64,000 nucleotides of DNA from positions 298,896-362,895 of the forward strand of contig JAAOMT010000029.1 in NCBI GenBank assembly GCA_016748015.1, in the 5' to 3' direction. The first letter of the stretch is position 1; every line of letters starts with the position of its first letter. The DNA comes from Geosiphon pyriformis uo1. Taxonomy: Eukaryota > Fungi > Glomeromycota. Of the stretch, positions 50,101 through 61,714 are shown in pieces. Position numbers and translations under genes: made by a program. Below the pieces are notes generated by a model that was given only the letters and a program-made list of their open reading frames with translations, was not told the origin of the DNA and did not search any database.

Positions 50101-53100
50101 TGCCAACCAAGCCTGGGAAACCAACAACAATCAAGACAAAATAACAAAGTGGAAATGAAAAAAAGCTAAAAATAAGAGAAAAGGGAAAGAGGAGGAAAAA
50201 AATCCAATACCAACTACCACTTATAATTACTATACTTACACTACACCACAACAATCCATCTATCATTGGCCAAAACTCATATGTGTCAATTGTGGTAAGA
50301 AATTGTCATTAATGGGCATGTGCTGTGCTGATAATAAAGAATACTCAACAGTGACCAAATTCTACTGCTGCGCGTGCATCATAGAATGCTTTGGACAACC
50401 AAAACAAAAAAGAAAATAGGACAACAAACTTTGTCTAGCTTGTGGAGAAACATTACTTGACAAAGGAATGTGGAATGACATTCCTGGTCAAGGAGGAACA
50501 TGCAATACTTTGTGCCAGTACATGACCCTCATCAGCAACTGGGTTAAAAAAGAAACACTAATAAAAGCCACCTAGAGAAAAGCCATACAACAATTAAACA
50601 GTTGTCCACATGATAATAATAAGATATGAAGAATGGCAATTACCAAAATAGAAAGAGCATCACCTAAAGAAATCAGAAAAATCAAGAACAACTCCTCAGA
50701 GCCCATAGAACTTGACTGGGACCCAGAGCCAGTCATAAATCTCTTGAACCCAGAAAAATTCTATAAACACTATCAAGAGCTAGCACCTACAAGAAAAGAG
50801 CAGAAGCAATGCTTGGAAAAAATCAACACTTAACTATGTGACTATTGTTTGATTCTATATGACTTTCAATATTATAATGAGTATGACTTCATTTACAATC
50901 CACCACCATGCATAATCTACACAATCTCAAAAGAAAACAAACCAATGAGAAGTTGCGCATCAGAATCAGAATCAAATTTTAATCCCAATTCAAACTCCAA
51001 CAATAATGACAATAAAAATAATGGTTGTAGTTCTGTTCAAAATGGCAACAAAATTATCAACAATTCAGACTTCAATTTAAATTCTGAAATATACATTGTG
51101 CTTTTTGATCTCTCCAAAGAGCAGGAACTCAAATGGTATAGTAACAATAATAAAAGTATCATATCAGAATGTGCACACAATACTAATATAGAGTTTGATC
51201 TAAGATATCCAAAGAAAGATGCCATTAAATTGAAACCCTATTTGTCCATCTGCATTGATCTTAAAATAGCACTGGAAATTCTAGCAACAACTATGGTTTA
51301 ATTAGCATCTAGGAGTAGCCTAGCAAAAAAAGGAATCAATATCAGAGGAGAGATAATTGACACAGGATATGTGGGAAATATCATTGCTATGCTATAAAAT
51401 GACTCAGAAAAGGCCTACACCATAGATCCAAATGAAAAGATAGCACAAGCAATATTTCTATCTCTGGTTAAAATAGCTAAATTAGTATTAATGAGAAACA
51501 AGGAAGAATTAAGGATAACAGCAAGAGAGATACAGGGATTTGGATCCATGAATAAAATAGATGTACCAGTCAATATGGCAGAAGAAGAAATTATTAACAA
51601 GAAAAAAATTATCTCCACCCATCAACCAATTTCCATTTTACTATATGACCAGTACATAGTAGTTATAGAAAGAAAAGTAAAAGATCAGATTCAAATTTTT
51701 GAGACAGAATTAACATTGTGTGAATCAGGAGAGATTGAACTTACCAATCTTCACATACCAGCCAAGAACCATAATCACATCAAAATTTTCATCTATAACA
51801 ACACTGAAAATATTGTAGAGATACCAGAAAGAACTATCATTGGCTATTTAAATACCAAAATCGAAGACCAATAGCCAGACACTGTTCCAGATTTTCCACA
51901 ACTATGCAGATATGTGGATATTATATTACAAACTATATACAGATGAAAAAAATGTTATCTGTTTCAATGGGAACAGTTGGAACAGATGAACATGAGGAAT
52001 CTAGACCCACTTCAATGTATGCAACTTAAGATGTTACTCAACAATTTCAATGACATTTTTGCCAGTGAAAACAAATTTGGCAGAACCAACATAATCCAGC
52101 ATCAAATCAAGACCGGAGATGCAATGCCAATTAAACAACAAGCATACAAAATACTATCAGCCAGCCATAAAATCATTCATCAAGAAATCAACCAGATGCT
52201 TGACAATAAATTAATTCAACCATCAATAAGCCCATAGTCATTACCAATGGTATTGGTCAGTAAGAAGAATGGAAAAATCCATTTTTGTGTGAACTACCAA
52301 AAACTGAATGGAGTGACTAAAGATGATAGCTATCCAACCCCAAAGATCCAAGAATTATTTGATGCTTTCGGCAGGAAGAAATGGTTCTTAACATTAGATT
52401 TAGACAGTAGTTACTGGCAAATAGCCATAAAGCCAAAAAATAAGAAAAAAATGGCTTTCACAACACGAGAAAAAAATTTTGAATTTGAAGTTATGCCATT
52501 TGGCTTGATGAATGCTCCAGCAACATTTCAACAGTTCATGAAAATTGTCTATATTAGATTACTATAGAAATCAGTAGTCATATACTTAAATGACACCAAT
52601 GTGTTCTCAAAAACATTTGATAATCATCTGCATTATCTTCAACAAGTGTTTGAAAGATTAAGAAGAGCCGGATTGAAACTAAATGCAACCAAATGTTTTT
52701 TAAGAAAAACTGAACTCAAGTTTTTAGAACATGTGGTAAGCAAAGATAGAATCAAAATGGATCCAGACAAAATTAATATTGTCAAGAACTTTCCAGTACC
52801 AAATAATCTCACAGAATTAAGAGCATTCTTGGGATTTGCTGGATACTACTGCCACTTTATTAAAGACTTTTTCAAAATAATTTAACCACTACACCAGTTT
52901 CAAACAAAGAACACCAAATATGAATAGACAGAAACCCAACAAAAGGCTTTTAATACATTAAGAAGAAAGCTTATTTAAGCCCCAGTACTAATCTATTTGG
53001 ATCATAGCAAGCCATTTATTATTACCACCAATGCATCTGGTCAAGCATTGGGAGCAGTATTGTCGCAAAAAAAACTGGATGGATGAGAACATCCAGTAGC

Positions 53101-53386
53101 TTATGCCAGTAGAAACTTAAGTCCAGCAAAAAAAAACTATGAAACTCCAGCACTGGAACACTTAGCCATTTATTGGGCTGTTACAAAATGGAAAAAATAT
53201 TTGAGTCAAAAGTTCAATGTGTACACTGATCATAAAGGATTGACTTTAATCCAAAAACAAAAATTTGCAGATGATCACTATGTCAGATAGAAAATAGAAC
53301 TTTCACCATTCAATTATACAATACATTATAAAAAGAGAAAAAACAATGGAAATGCTAATAATTTGTCGAGAATGAGACAAATGTAA
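47123..53386 (+). pseudogene. gag-PR-Cys-rich-dUTPase-RT-RNase H polyprotein of G3
   Basis: Track fragments from 47216 to 52885 share one frame. Motifs: CHYCSKQRHLQFEC, LILDSGSASSII, SRSSLA, GYVG, GFGS, VMPFGLMNAPATFQ, YLNDT, TTNASG, YTDHK, NAN.LSR. Confidence 0.9.
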
Positions 53387-53416
53387 AAACATTTCAACCC
53401 AAAAATATAACAAAAG

Positions 53417-54514
53417 ATGAATATACAAAAATACCAACAACTTTAACATTATATAAATACCCAATTGTTTAAGGAGAAATTATTTCAAAGAGAACAAAGA
53501 AACATAAAACAACAATCAAAATATTTCATCAACCATCAAAATATATTTTACTGGAAAAATAGAAGAAATCCAGATCAACCAACCAGAGTAATCACAAAAC
53601 TAAAGAAAGAGACAATACTATTCAACATGCACTCAGATCCAACAGTAGGACATTTTCATAAAAAAACAACCATAAAAAGAACTAGAAAAAGATACTATTG
53701 GCTATCAATGTATCCAGACATTATTCAGTATGTTCAAAATTGTGATGCTTGTCAGAAAAGAAGAGGAACAAAACCCAGTGAACTATTGAAACCAATTAAA
53801 GTGAAACAACCATTCAATTGCATTGGAATTGACTTAGTTGGACTATTAACAATCACCAGCAGAGGCAACAGATATATTGTAGTAACCATAAACTATCTCA
53901 CAAAATGGCCAGAAGCAAAAGTCATTTAAAAAGCAGATGCAGAATCCATTGCCAAATTCGTTCATCAAGATCTGATTTGTCAACATGGATGTTCAAAAGA
54001 ATTATTATCAGATCAAAGAACTTATTTTGTGAATAGAACATTAGCAAAATTAAGCCAAAAATTTGAAATAAAAAGACCACTATCATTACTATACCATTCA
54101 CAAACAAATGGGTTAGTTAAAAGGTTCAACAGAATACTGTGTGAAGCAATAGCCAAAATTAGCCAAGAAAACCAGGACGAATGGGATTTGTTTATACCAT
54201 CAGTATTATTTGTTTATTGAACAATGAAGCAAGATACCATACAAGCAACACCATTTGAATTGATATATGATAGAACAGCAACATTACCAGTTGAGATAAA
54301 GATCAATACATATCCAACTGAACCAATAACAAAAGATAATTTCCAAGAAACATTGTTAAGAAGAACATATGACTTAATAGAAACATTAGAAAACAGATGA
54401 TGAAAAGCAGCTGATAACATCCAAAAGTCACAAGAAAAGCAAAAAGAATGACATGATAACCAACTACCAGATAAATCAATTGAATTCAAGATTGGAGACA
54501 AAGTACTATTACAT
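53417..54514 (+). pseudogene. Integrase of G3 (truncated)
   Basis: HHCC (MHSDPTVGHF..CDAC), IGIDLVG, LSDQRT, NGLVKRFN. Confidence 0.9.
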
Positions 54515-55404
54515 TGTTACAAGTGATTCTTTGGGAGGTCAAGTGAATAACAAACCTGTAACTTTGTGTTCAAGATGATTGGCGACAATGATAATCTGAA
54601 GGTATTTTATCTGAAGGTTTTCCAATTGAATTCTTTGTATAATAGACAGAGATTCAATGGTAACAGTTTATTAGTAGTTTCCTAAAACCGTTGTTTTGTC
54701 GATGGCTTGCTCAGCTTAATGGTTGATGATTCTCCTAGTATGATATTCTCCGTAAGTGTATACCAGTGCTGTTTGCTGACGTCAGTTCCTCCATAAGTCC
54801 TCCAAGAGTAAGTATTGTTTAAGTAAGTTTTATTTCTCCGTAAGTCCTCCAAGAGTAAATTTTTTAATCAAGTTAGTAGACAATAAAGAAAATAAAGAAA
54901 AAATAAAGAGAAAATAAGAAATAAGCCAAGGTGATTTGCAAATTAGTATCTCATCAATAGCCATGATCAAGAGTTATTGTTCTAGTATGGTTAAGTATCA
55001 GTTACTATCAACATAAAGTGTTGATAGTGAAAAATAAATTGGATATAATGAATAATTATTTATTTGAAAATTGTGGTAACTAAGCTAAGAATTCTTGGTG
55101 TTGATTCTGTCTTTTCTGCTTCTAATGCTACTACTATATATACATATTTGAGATTTCTCAATTCCTTAATTCCTTGTAACAGGAATTCTGGAATTCCTAG
55201 AATCTTGCGATTTCTGATGAGAAGAATCCTGGAATTCTGGAATTCTGGAATCCTGCAATTCCTTGTTGGAGAATCCTAAAATTTCTGGAATCCTGCAATT
55301 TCTCTGAGAGGAATCTTGAAATTCCACATTTACTATGTCTATATCTGATTGTCTTAATATCTACTGACTAATAATACTATATTTCCTATATTCTATGAGT
55401 AATA
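54515..55404 (-). repeat. 3' LTR of G4 (family B), 890 bp
   Basis: TGTTACAAG...ATGAGTAATA. It shares the hairpin core and TATA region with family A but carries a GGAATTCT-type U3 array (55150-55325). Confidence 0.9.
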
Positions 55405-55419
55405 TTATCCTCTCCTTTT
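55405..55419 (-). promoter_or_regulatory. Polypurine tract of G4
   Basis: Minus-strand AAAAGGAGAGGATAA immediately before the LTR. Confidence 0.85.
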
Positions 55420-56077
55420 AATATTGAGCTCCGTCGAAATCTAATTCTTTTAATTCTCCCTCTTGAAGTATTTCCTGAATTTCGTTTTCAAGAATTACTT
55501 GTGTTATTTGAGTCTGTAATTTTTCAAATTGAGCATTGGTGATTTTTCCCAATTGATTACTGGTAACTGTATCCATTGCTTTGTTGAGTAGGATTTCTGG
55601 TTGATCTTAAAATGCTGTGTGTATTCGGTATATAGCTCGAGCTTGTGTGGATAAGTTGTTTTTCCCTACAAAATGTTCTAGTTGTTGTAGTATTGTTGTG
55701 TCGAATAACCACTTTGTTTTATCTGTATATAAGTTCTGGATATTCACATGTTGTCCCAAGTAAAAGTAACAATAATTTTTTGGAAATTGTTGTATCTACC
55801 AAGTCCAAGTTTCTCTAGTAAGTTCTTGGTGTAATCTGACTATTTGTTGTTCTTTTATGGCCAATTTTATCTTGGTCATGATCTTGTCAACAACATTTTC
55901 AAGTCTTTTTTGTGCTTTGTTTTGTAATATCTTTGTCATATTTTTGTAACAAATGGTTTGTTGATTGATTGTAATTTTTATCTCCTAGTGTTGGATTAAT
56001 TGAAAAATTTGTTGGGCTAGTGAATGGATATTGTCCATAATTTCCATTTTTCTGATCTCTTTTGTCGCGTCAACCAT
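55418..56077 (-). pseudogene. Extra 3' ORF (ORF3) of G4, 219 aa, unknown function, 3 nonsense codons
   Basis: Hand translation MVDATKEIRK...NYCYFYLGQ...QARAIYRIHTAF*DQPEILLN...LGKITNAQFEKL...DFDGAQY* with no frameshift; protein similarity to G5 ORF3. Confidence 0.8.
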
Positions 56078-56100
56078 GTTCTTATATATTCTTTTGTTGA

Positions 56101-57483
56101 TCAATTGGACGTGTTGTTGTCAATAATAATGATTGGTTCCAGATCTTGTAGAATTTTATCTGATTGGACTAGTATCCTCTGTACTTCTAATTGTGAAATA
56201 TTACTGGTAGATGATAATACTGTATAGTGATATGGTTTCAGTCAATCTCCATGTGCTGCTTTGGTCAAGATTTTGTTATTCAATTTTAATTTGTAAGCTC
56301 CATTTCTTAGAATTTCTTCTATGTGAAATGGTCCGTTCCATTTGGAGTCAAATTTTCTACTCCATTGTTTTTCTGCTTTGGTATGATGTAGTAGTACTTT
56401 GTCTCCAATCCTGAATTCAACTAGTTTATCTGGTAGTTGGTTATCATGTCTTTTTTTTTGTTTCTCTTATAACCTTTGTATGTTATCAGCTGCTTTTTGT
56501 CATTTGTTTTCTAATGTTTTCATTAAGTCATATGTTCTTTTCAACAATGTGTTTTTGAAATTCTCTTTTGTTATTGGTTCGGTTGGGTATGTGCTGACTT
56601 CTATTTCCACTGGTAGTGTTGCTGTTCTACTATATACTAATTCAAATGGTGTTGCTTGTGTAGTATCTTGCTTCATTGTTCAATAAACAAATAGTACTGA
56701 TGGTATCAACAAATCCCAATTGTTCTGGTTTTTTTGGCTGAATTTAGCTATTGCTTTACACAATGTTCTGTTGAATCTTTTGACTAATCTATTGGTTTGT
56801 GGATGGTATGGTGATGATAGTGGTCTCTTAATTCCGAATCTTTGGCTTAATTCTGCTAATGTTCTGTTCACAAAATGAGTTTCTTGGTCTGAAAGTAATT
56901 CTTTTGGACATCCATGTCAACAGATCAAATCTTAATAAATAAATTTGGCAATGGATTTTGCATCTGCTCTTTGAATTGCTTTTGCTTCTGGCCATTTAGT
57001 GAAATAGTCCATGGCTACTGCTATGTACCTGTTTCCTCTGCTGGTAATTGTTAATGGTCCAACTAAATCAATTCCAATACGGTTGAATGGTTGTCTCACT
57101 TTGATTGGTCTTAATGGTTTATTGGGTTTTGTACCTCCTTTTCACTGACAAGCATTACAATTTTGAACATATTGGATGATGTCTGGATACATTGATGGCC
57201 AATAGTATCTTTTTCTGGTTTTTTCCATGGTTGCTTCTTTGTGAAAGTGTCCTGCTGTTGGATTTGAGTGCATGTTGAATAATATTGTCTCTTTTTCTGG
57301 CTCTGTAATTACTTTGGTTGGTTGCTCTAGATCTCTTCTATTTTTCCAATACAGTATATTTTGGTGAGTAATAAAATATTTTGATTGTTGTTTGATACTC
57401 TTTTGTTCCGTTTGAAATAAATTCTCCTTGAACTGTTGAGTGTTTATATAATGTTGCAGTTGTTGATATTTTTGTATGTTCAT
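56101..57483 (-). pseudogene. Integrase of G4 with GPF-type C-terminus, no chromodomain
   Basis: MNIQKYQQL, HSNPTAGHF..CNAC, IGIDLVG, LSDQET, KRFN, WNGPFHI; stop at 56101. Confidence 0.9.
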
Positions 57484-57553
57484 TTTTTTTTTTTTTTTTA
57501 TATTTTTCATTGGTATTGTTCTGGTTTTGTTATATTTTTGGGTTGAAATGTTC

Positions 57554-60500
57554 TTAGATTTGTCTTATTCATGACAAACCGTCAGCATTTCCATTGTTTT
57601 TTTTTTTTTTATAATGTATAGTATAATTATATGGTGCGAGTGTCATTTTCTATCTTGATTATTTTTCGTTTCCGAATTCTTGTTTTTGAAGTGATGTTAA
57701 TCCTTTGTGATTTGTGTATACTTCAAACTTCTGGCTCAAGTATTCTTTCCATTTCATGACTGTCCAGTATATCACTAAGTGTTCTTGTTTCAGTGTTCCA
57801 TAGTTCTTTTTGGCTGGTGTTAAACCTTTACTGGCATATGCTACTTGATGTTCTCTGCCATCTGGTCCTCTCTGAGATAGTACTGCTCCCAATGCTTGGC
57901 CAGATGCATCAGTGGTAATGATAAATGGTTTGCTGTGATCTGAATAGATCAGTACTGAAGCTTGAATGAGCTTTCTTTTCAGAATATTAAAAGCTTTTTG
58001 TTGACTTTCTGTCCATTCATATTTTGTATTCTTGGTTTGCAGTTGGTTGAGTGGCTGCGCTATCTTGGAAAAGTTCTTGATAAAACGTTGATAGTAGCTG
58101 GCGAATTCCAAGAATAATTTCAGTTCTGTCATATTGGTTGGCACTGAAAAGTTTTTTACTATCTCTATTTTCTCTGGATCCATTTTGATGCCATCATTGC
58201 TGACTATGTGTCCCAAGAATTTTAGTTCTGTCTTGCCGAAGAAGCACTTTGTTGCATTTAACTTTAGTCCTGCTTTTCTTAGTCTTTCGAACACTTGTTG
58301 AAGATGATGAAAATGATCATCAAATGTTTTTGAGAATACATTGGTGTTGTCTAAGTATACAACTACTGATTTTCACAATAAGCCAGTATAAATAATTTCC
58401 ATTAGCCATTAGAAAGTTGCTGGGGCATTGGTTAAGCTGAATGGCATTACTTCAAATTCAAAATTTCCTTCTCTAGTGGTAAATGCCGTCTTTTCTTTGT
58501 TGGCTGAATTCATGGCTACTTGCCAGTAACCACTGTCCAGGTCTAATGTTGAAAACCATTTGTTTCTACCGAAAGCATTGAATAATTTTTGGATCCGTAA
58601 AGTGGAGTAGCTATCTCTATGAGTTACTCTATTGAGTTTTCTATAATCTACACAAAAGCAAATTTTTCCATTTTTTTTCCGGATAAGTACTACTGGTAAT
58701 GACCATGGGCTCATTGATGGCTGAATTAGCCCATTGTCAAGCATTCAGTTTATCTCTTGATGGATAATCTCATGGCTGGCTGGTGGTACTCTGTATGCTC
58801 TTTGTTTAATTGGCATTGCATCTTCAGTCTTGATCTGATGCTGGATAATATCAGTTTGGCCAAACTCGTTTTTGTTGGCAAAGATGTTGTTGAAATTGTT
58901 GAGCAACATCTTAAGTTGCATATGTTGGAATAGATCTAAGTTTCTCATGTTCATTTGTTCCAACTGTTCTGGTTGGAGCAAATAATATTCACTTCGTCTG
59001 TATATTGTTTGTGATATGATATCGACATATCCACAAAGCTGTAGAAAGTCTGGAATGGTGCTTAGTGGTTGATCCTCTATTTCTGTGGTCAAATATCCGA
59101 TGATGGTTCCTTCTGGTATATTAACAATATTTCCGGTGTTGTTGTAGATAGGAATTTTGATGTGGTTATAGTTCTTGGCTGGTAAGTGAAGATTGATGAG
59201 TCCAACTTCTCCTGATTTACAAAGACTTGTTTCTGCTTCAAAAATTTGTGCTTGGTCTTTTATCTTCCTCTCTATTGTTATCATGTACTGGTCATATGGT
59301 GGAATGGAAATTGCTTGACTGGTTGAGATAATTTCTCCTTGGCCAACAATTTCTTCTTCTGCCATATTGACTGGCACATCTATTCTATCTGTTGATCTGA
59401 ATCCCTGTATTTCTCTTGCTGTTATTCCTAATTTCTCTCTTTTTCTCACTGATACTAACTGAGCTACTCTAACCAGAGACAGGAATATTGCCTGTGCTAT
59501 CTTTTCATTGGGCTCTATTATATAGGCCTTTTCTGAGTCATTTTGTAGTATAGCGATGATATTTCCTACATATCTCACATCAATTATTCCTTCTCTTATA
59601 TTAATCTCTCTTTTTGCTAAACTGCTCCTAAATGCTAATTGAACTATTGTTGTTGCCAGAATTTCTAGTGTTACTTTCAAATCAATGCAGGTGCATGAAT
59701 GTGGTTTCAATTTAATGGCTTCTTTTTCTAGATACTTCAGATTAAACCTGGTATCAATATCATGTGCACATTCAGGCATGATACCTTTATCATTATCACT
59801 GAACTATTTTAGTTCCAATTCCTTGGTAAGGTCAGAGATTGTGATATATTGTTTGTATTTTGTATTGGAGTTTGAATCTGAGTTGGAATTAGTATCGTTG
59901 TTATTGCCATATTGAATGGAGCTAGAACCAGTGTTTTCGTTGTTATTATTGTCGGGATTTGAATTGGGATTGAATGGTGATTCTGATTCTGATGCGCAGC
60001 TGCTGATTGGTTCCTTTTCCTCTGGGATCATGTAGATTATGCGGATTGGTGGATTGTAAATAAGGTTACACTCATTACAATATTGAAAGTTATATGAAAT
60101 TAAACAGTGGTCACATAATTGAGTGTTTAGCTGTGCTAACCACTCTTCTTGTTTTTCTCTTGTGGGTGCTAGTTGTTGATAGTGTTCGTGAAATTCCTTG
60201 GAATCATCCTCAATGTTGCCAAAAACATCGAATGTTGCAACATATTTTGGTTCTGGGAAGGATAATGGATTGGTTTTGATTTCCCACAACTCGCTGATTG
60301 TAGCTCCTTCTGCCATTGCATATGCCATTCTCCAGATCTCATGTTTGTTATGTGGGTAGCCTTCCAAACATCTTAAGGCTCATTTCCATGTATCATCAAT
60401 TAAGGTCTCTTTTCATACCCAATTATTTATTAGGATTGTGTACTGGCATGTTTCATCACATGTTCTTCCTTGTCCTGGAATGTCATTCCATATTCCTTTA

Positions 60501-61705
60501 TCCAGAAGCATTTTTCCACATGCTAGACATGGTGTATTGTCCCATTTTTTTATTTTTAGTGGTCAGCAATCGCATTCAATAATATATAGGCGACAATAGT
60601 ATCATGTTGTTATCTGTTAGTTTTTGTCATTGTCACAACATGCACTCATCGTTGACAATTTCTTACCACAAGTGATGCATTCGAGTTTAGGTCAATGGTA
60701 GGTGGCCTGAGTTTGTATAGAATATGGGACATATGTAGGGGTGGTAGATTGTGCTGGCTTATCTTCTTGTTCTTTCCCTTTTCTTTTCTCTTCTCAAATC
60801 TATTCTGTGGTTGGTTCACTTTGGCTGTTATTACTCCAAAATCTCTGATTTGTTCCCCAGATAAGTTTTTCTTCCTCTTTCTTTTTCTTTTTGTCATTCC
60901 ATGATAGTATAGGTGGTAGTTTGTTGTGGTCAGCATCAGCCCAGGAGACTTGGTAAGCTTCTCAGATAGGTTTTTCTTTTGTCTCCTCCAGTTCGATCAA
61001 TAGTTTCTCTCTTGGCAGAGTTTTGAAATGGCCACATGTGGCCGATACACGTATGTGTTAACCCTAATATGTTAGCTAGAGTTTTTGGGTGTTCCAGTCT
61101 AACGTTGCATTGACTTTGAATAGCCAGTCATTACCAATGAGAGCTTGGTATTGAGTAGCTTCCATCACTAAAACTTTAATGGGAGTCATAATGCCATTGA
61201 CTTTGAAAGAAAAGTCATCAATTTTGCCGATTGAAGTTTTGATTACTCCATTGGCTGTGATGATTCTGGCGCTGACAGCTTGATCAACTCAGCGACTTAA
61301 TTGATCCATAAGCTGTCTTGTAATAATGCTGCCAGCTGATCCACTATCTAAGATGAGTTTGATGGGATAACCATCAACTCTGACATCCATGTATATCACT
61401 GTGATGAGTTTTTCTTTGAGGGTGGTTCCACTAAATAACAGTACTAGTGTGGTTTCTTCAAGTTTGAAAGGAAAAATAGCTGCTAGAGATTTGTTGTTGG
61501 AGATGGTTGCTGGTGGAATCATGTTGGTAAGTAATTGCTGATTGGATTCTGGTTTGTTAGATGTGGTATCTTCTGGGATAACCAGGAAACTTAAATAGTA
61601 TTGAAAATTTGGATTTTGGACGTGACCAGTATCCAAATTCCGTGAGCATGATCCTAATTATGGGTTTGATAAACTGGAGACCAGTTGGTGAACAACCATT
61701 GCTGA
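57554..61705 (-). pseudogene. PR-Cys-rich-dUTPase-RT-RNase H region of G4
   Basis: Track fragments 61289-61636, 59804-60367, 58745-59779, 58409-58744 and 57659-58294 share one frame. Motifs: FRSSLA, GIIDVRYVG, EKIAQ, LDLDSGYWQ, TTDASG. Confidence 0.92.
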
Positions 61706-61714
61706 TGTTACCAG

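Larger units (their letters stand above)
46241..54514 (+). mobile_element. Ty3/Gypsy element G3, interrupted in the integrase C-terminus by G4
   Basis: 5' LTR, PBS, and gag-PR-Cys-dUTPase-RT-RH in one frame, then integrase up to EFKIGDKVLLH. Confidence 0.95.
54515..61705 (-). mobile_element. Ty3/Gypsy element G4 (3' LTR to late gag), interrupted at 61705
   Basis: 3' LTR, PPT, ORF3, integrase, RH, RT, dUTPase, Cys-rich block and protease (LILDSGSAGSII). Confidence 0.95.

Noticed and set aside
54943-55030. Hammerhead ribozyme or snoRNA in the conserved LTR core
   Set aside because: CUGANGA and GAAA are not in hammerhead arrangement and the C/D-like boxes are in the wrong order; kept only as an unassigned structured element.
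55418-56077. ORF3 as a retroviral envelope
   Set aside because: No signal peptide, furin site or transmembrane segment, and it is too short.
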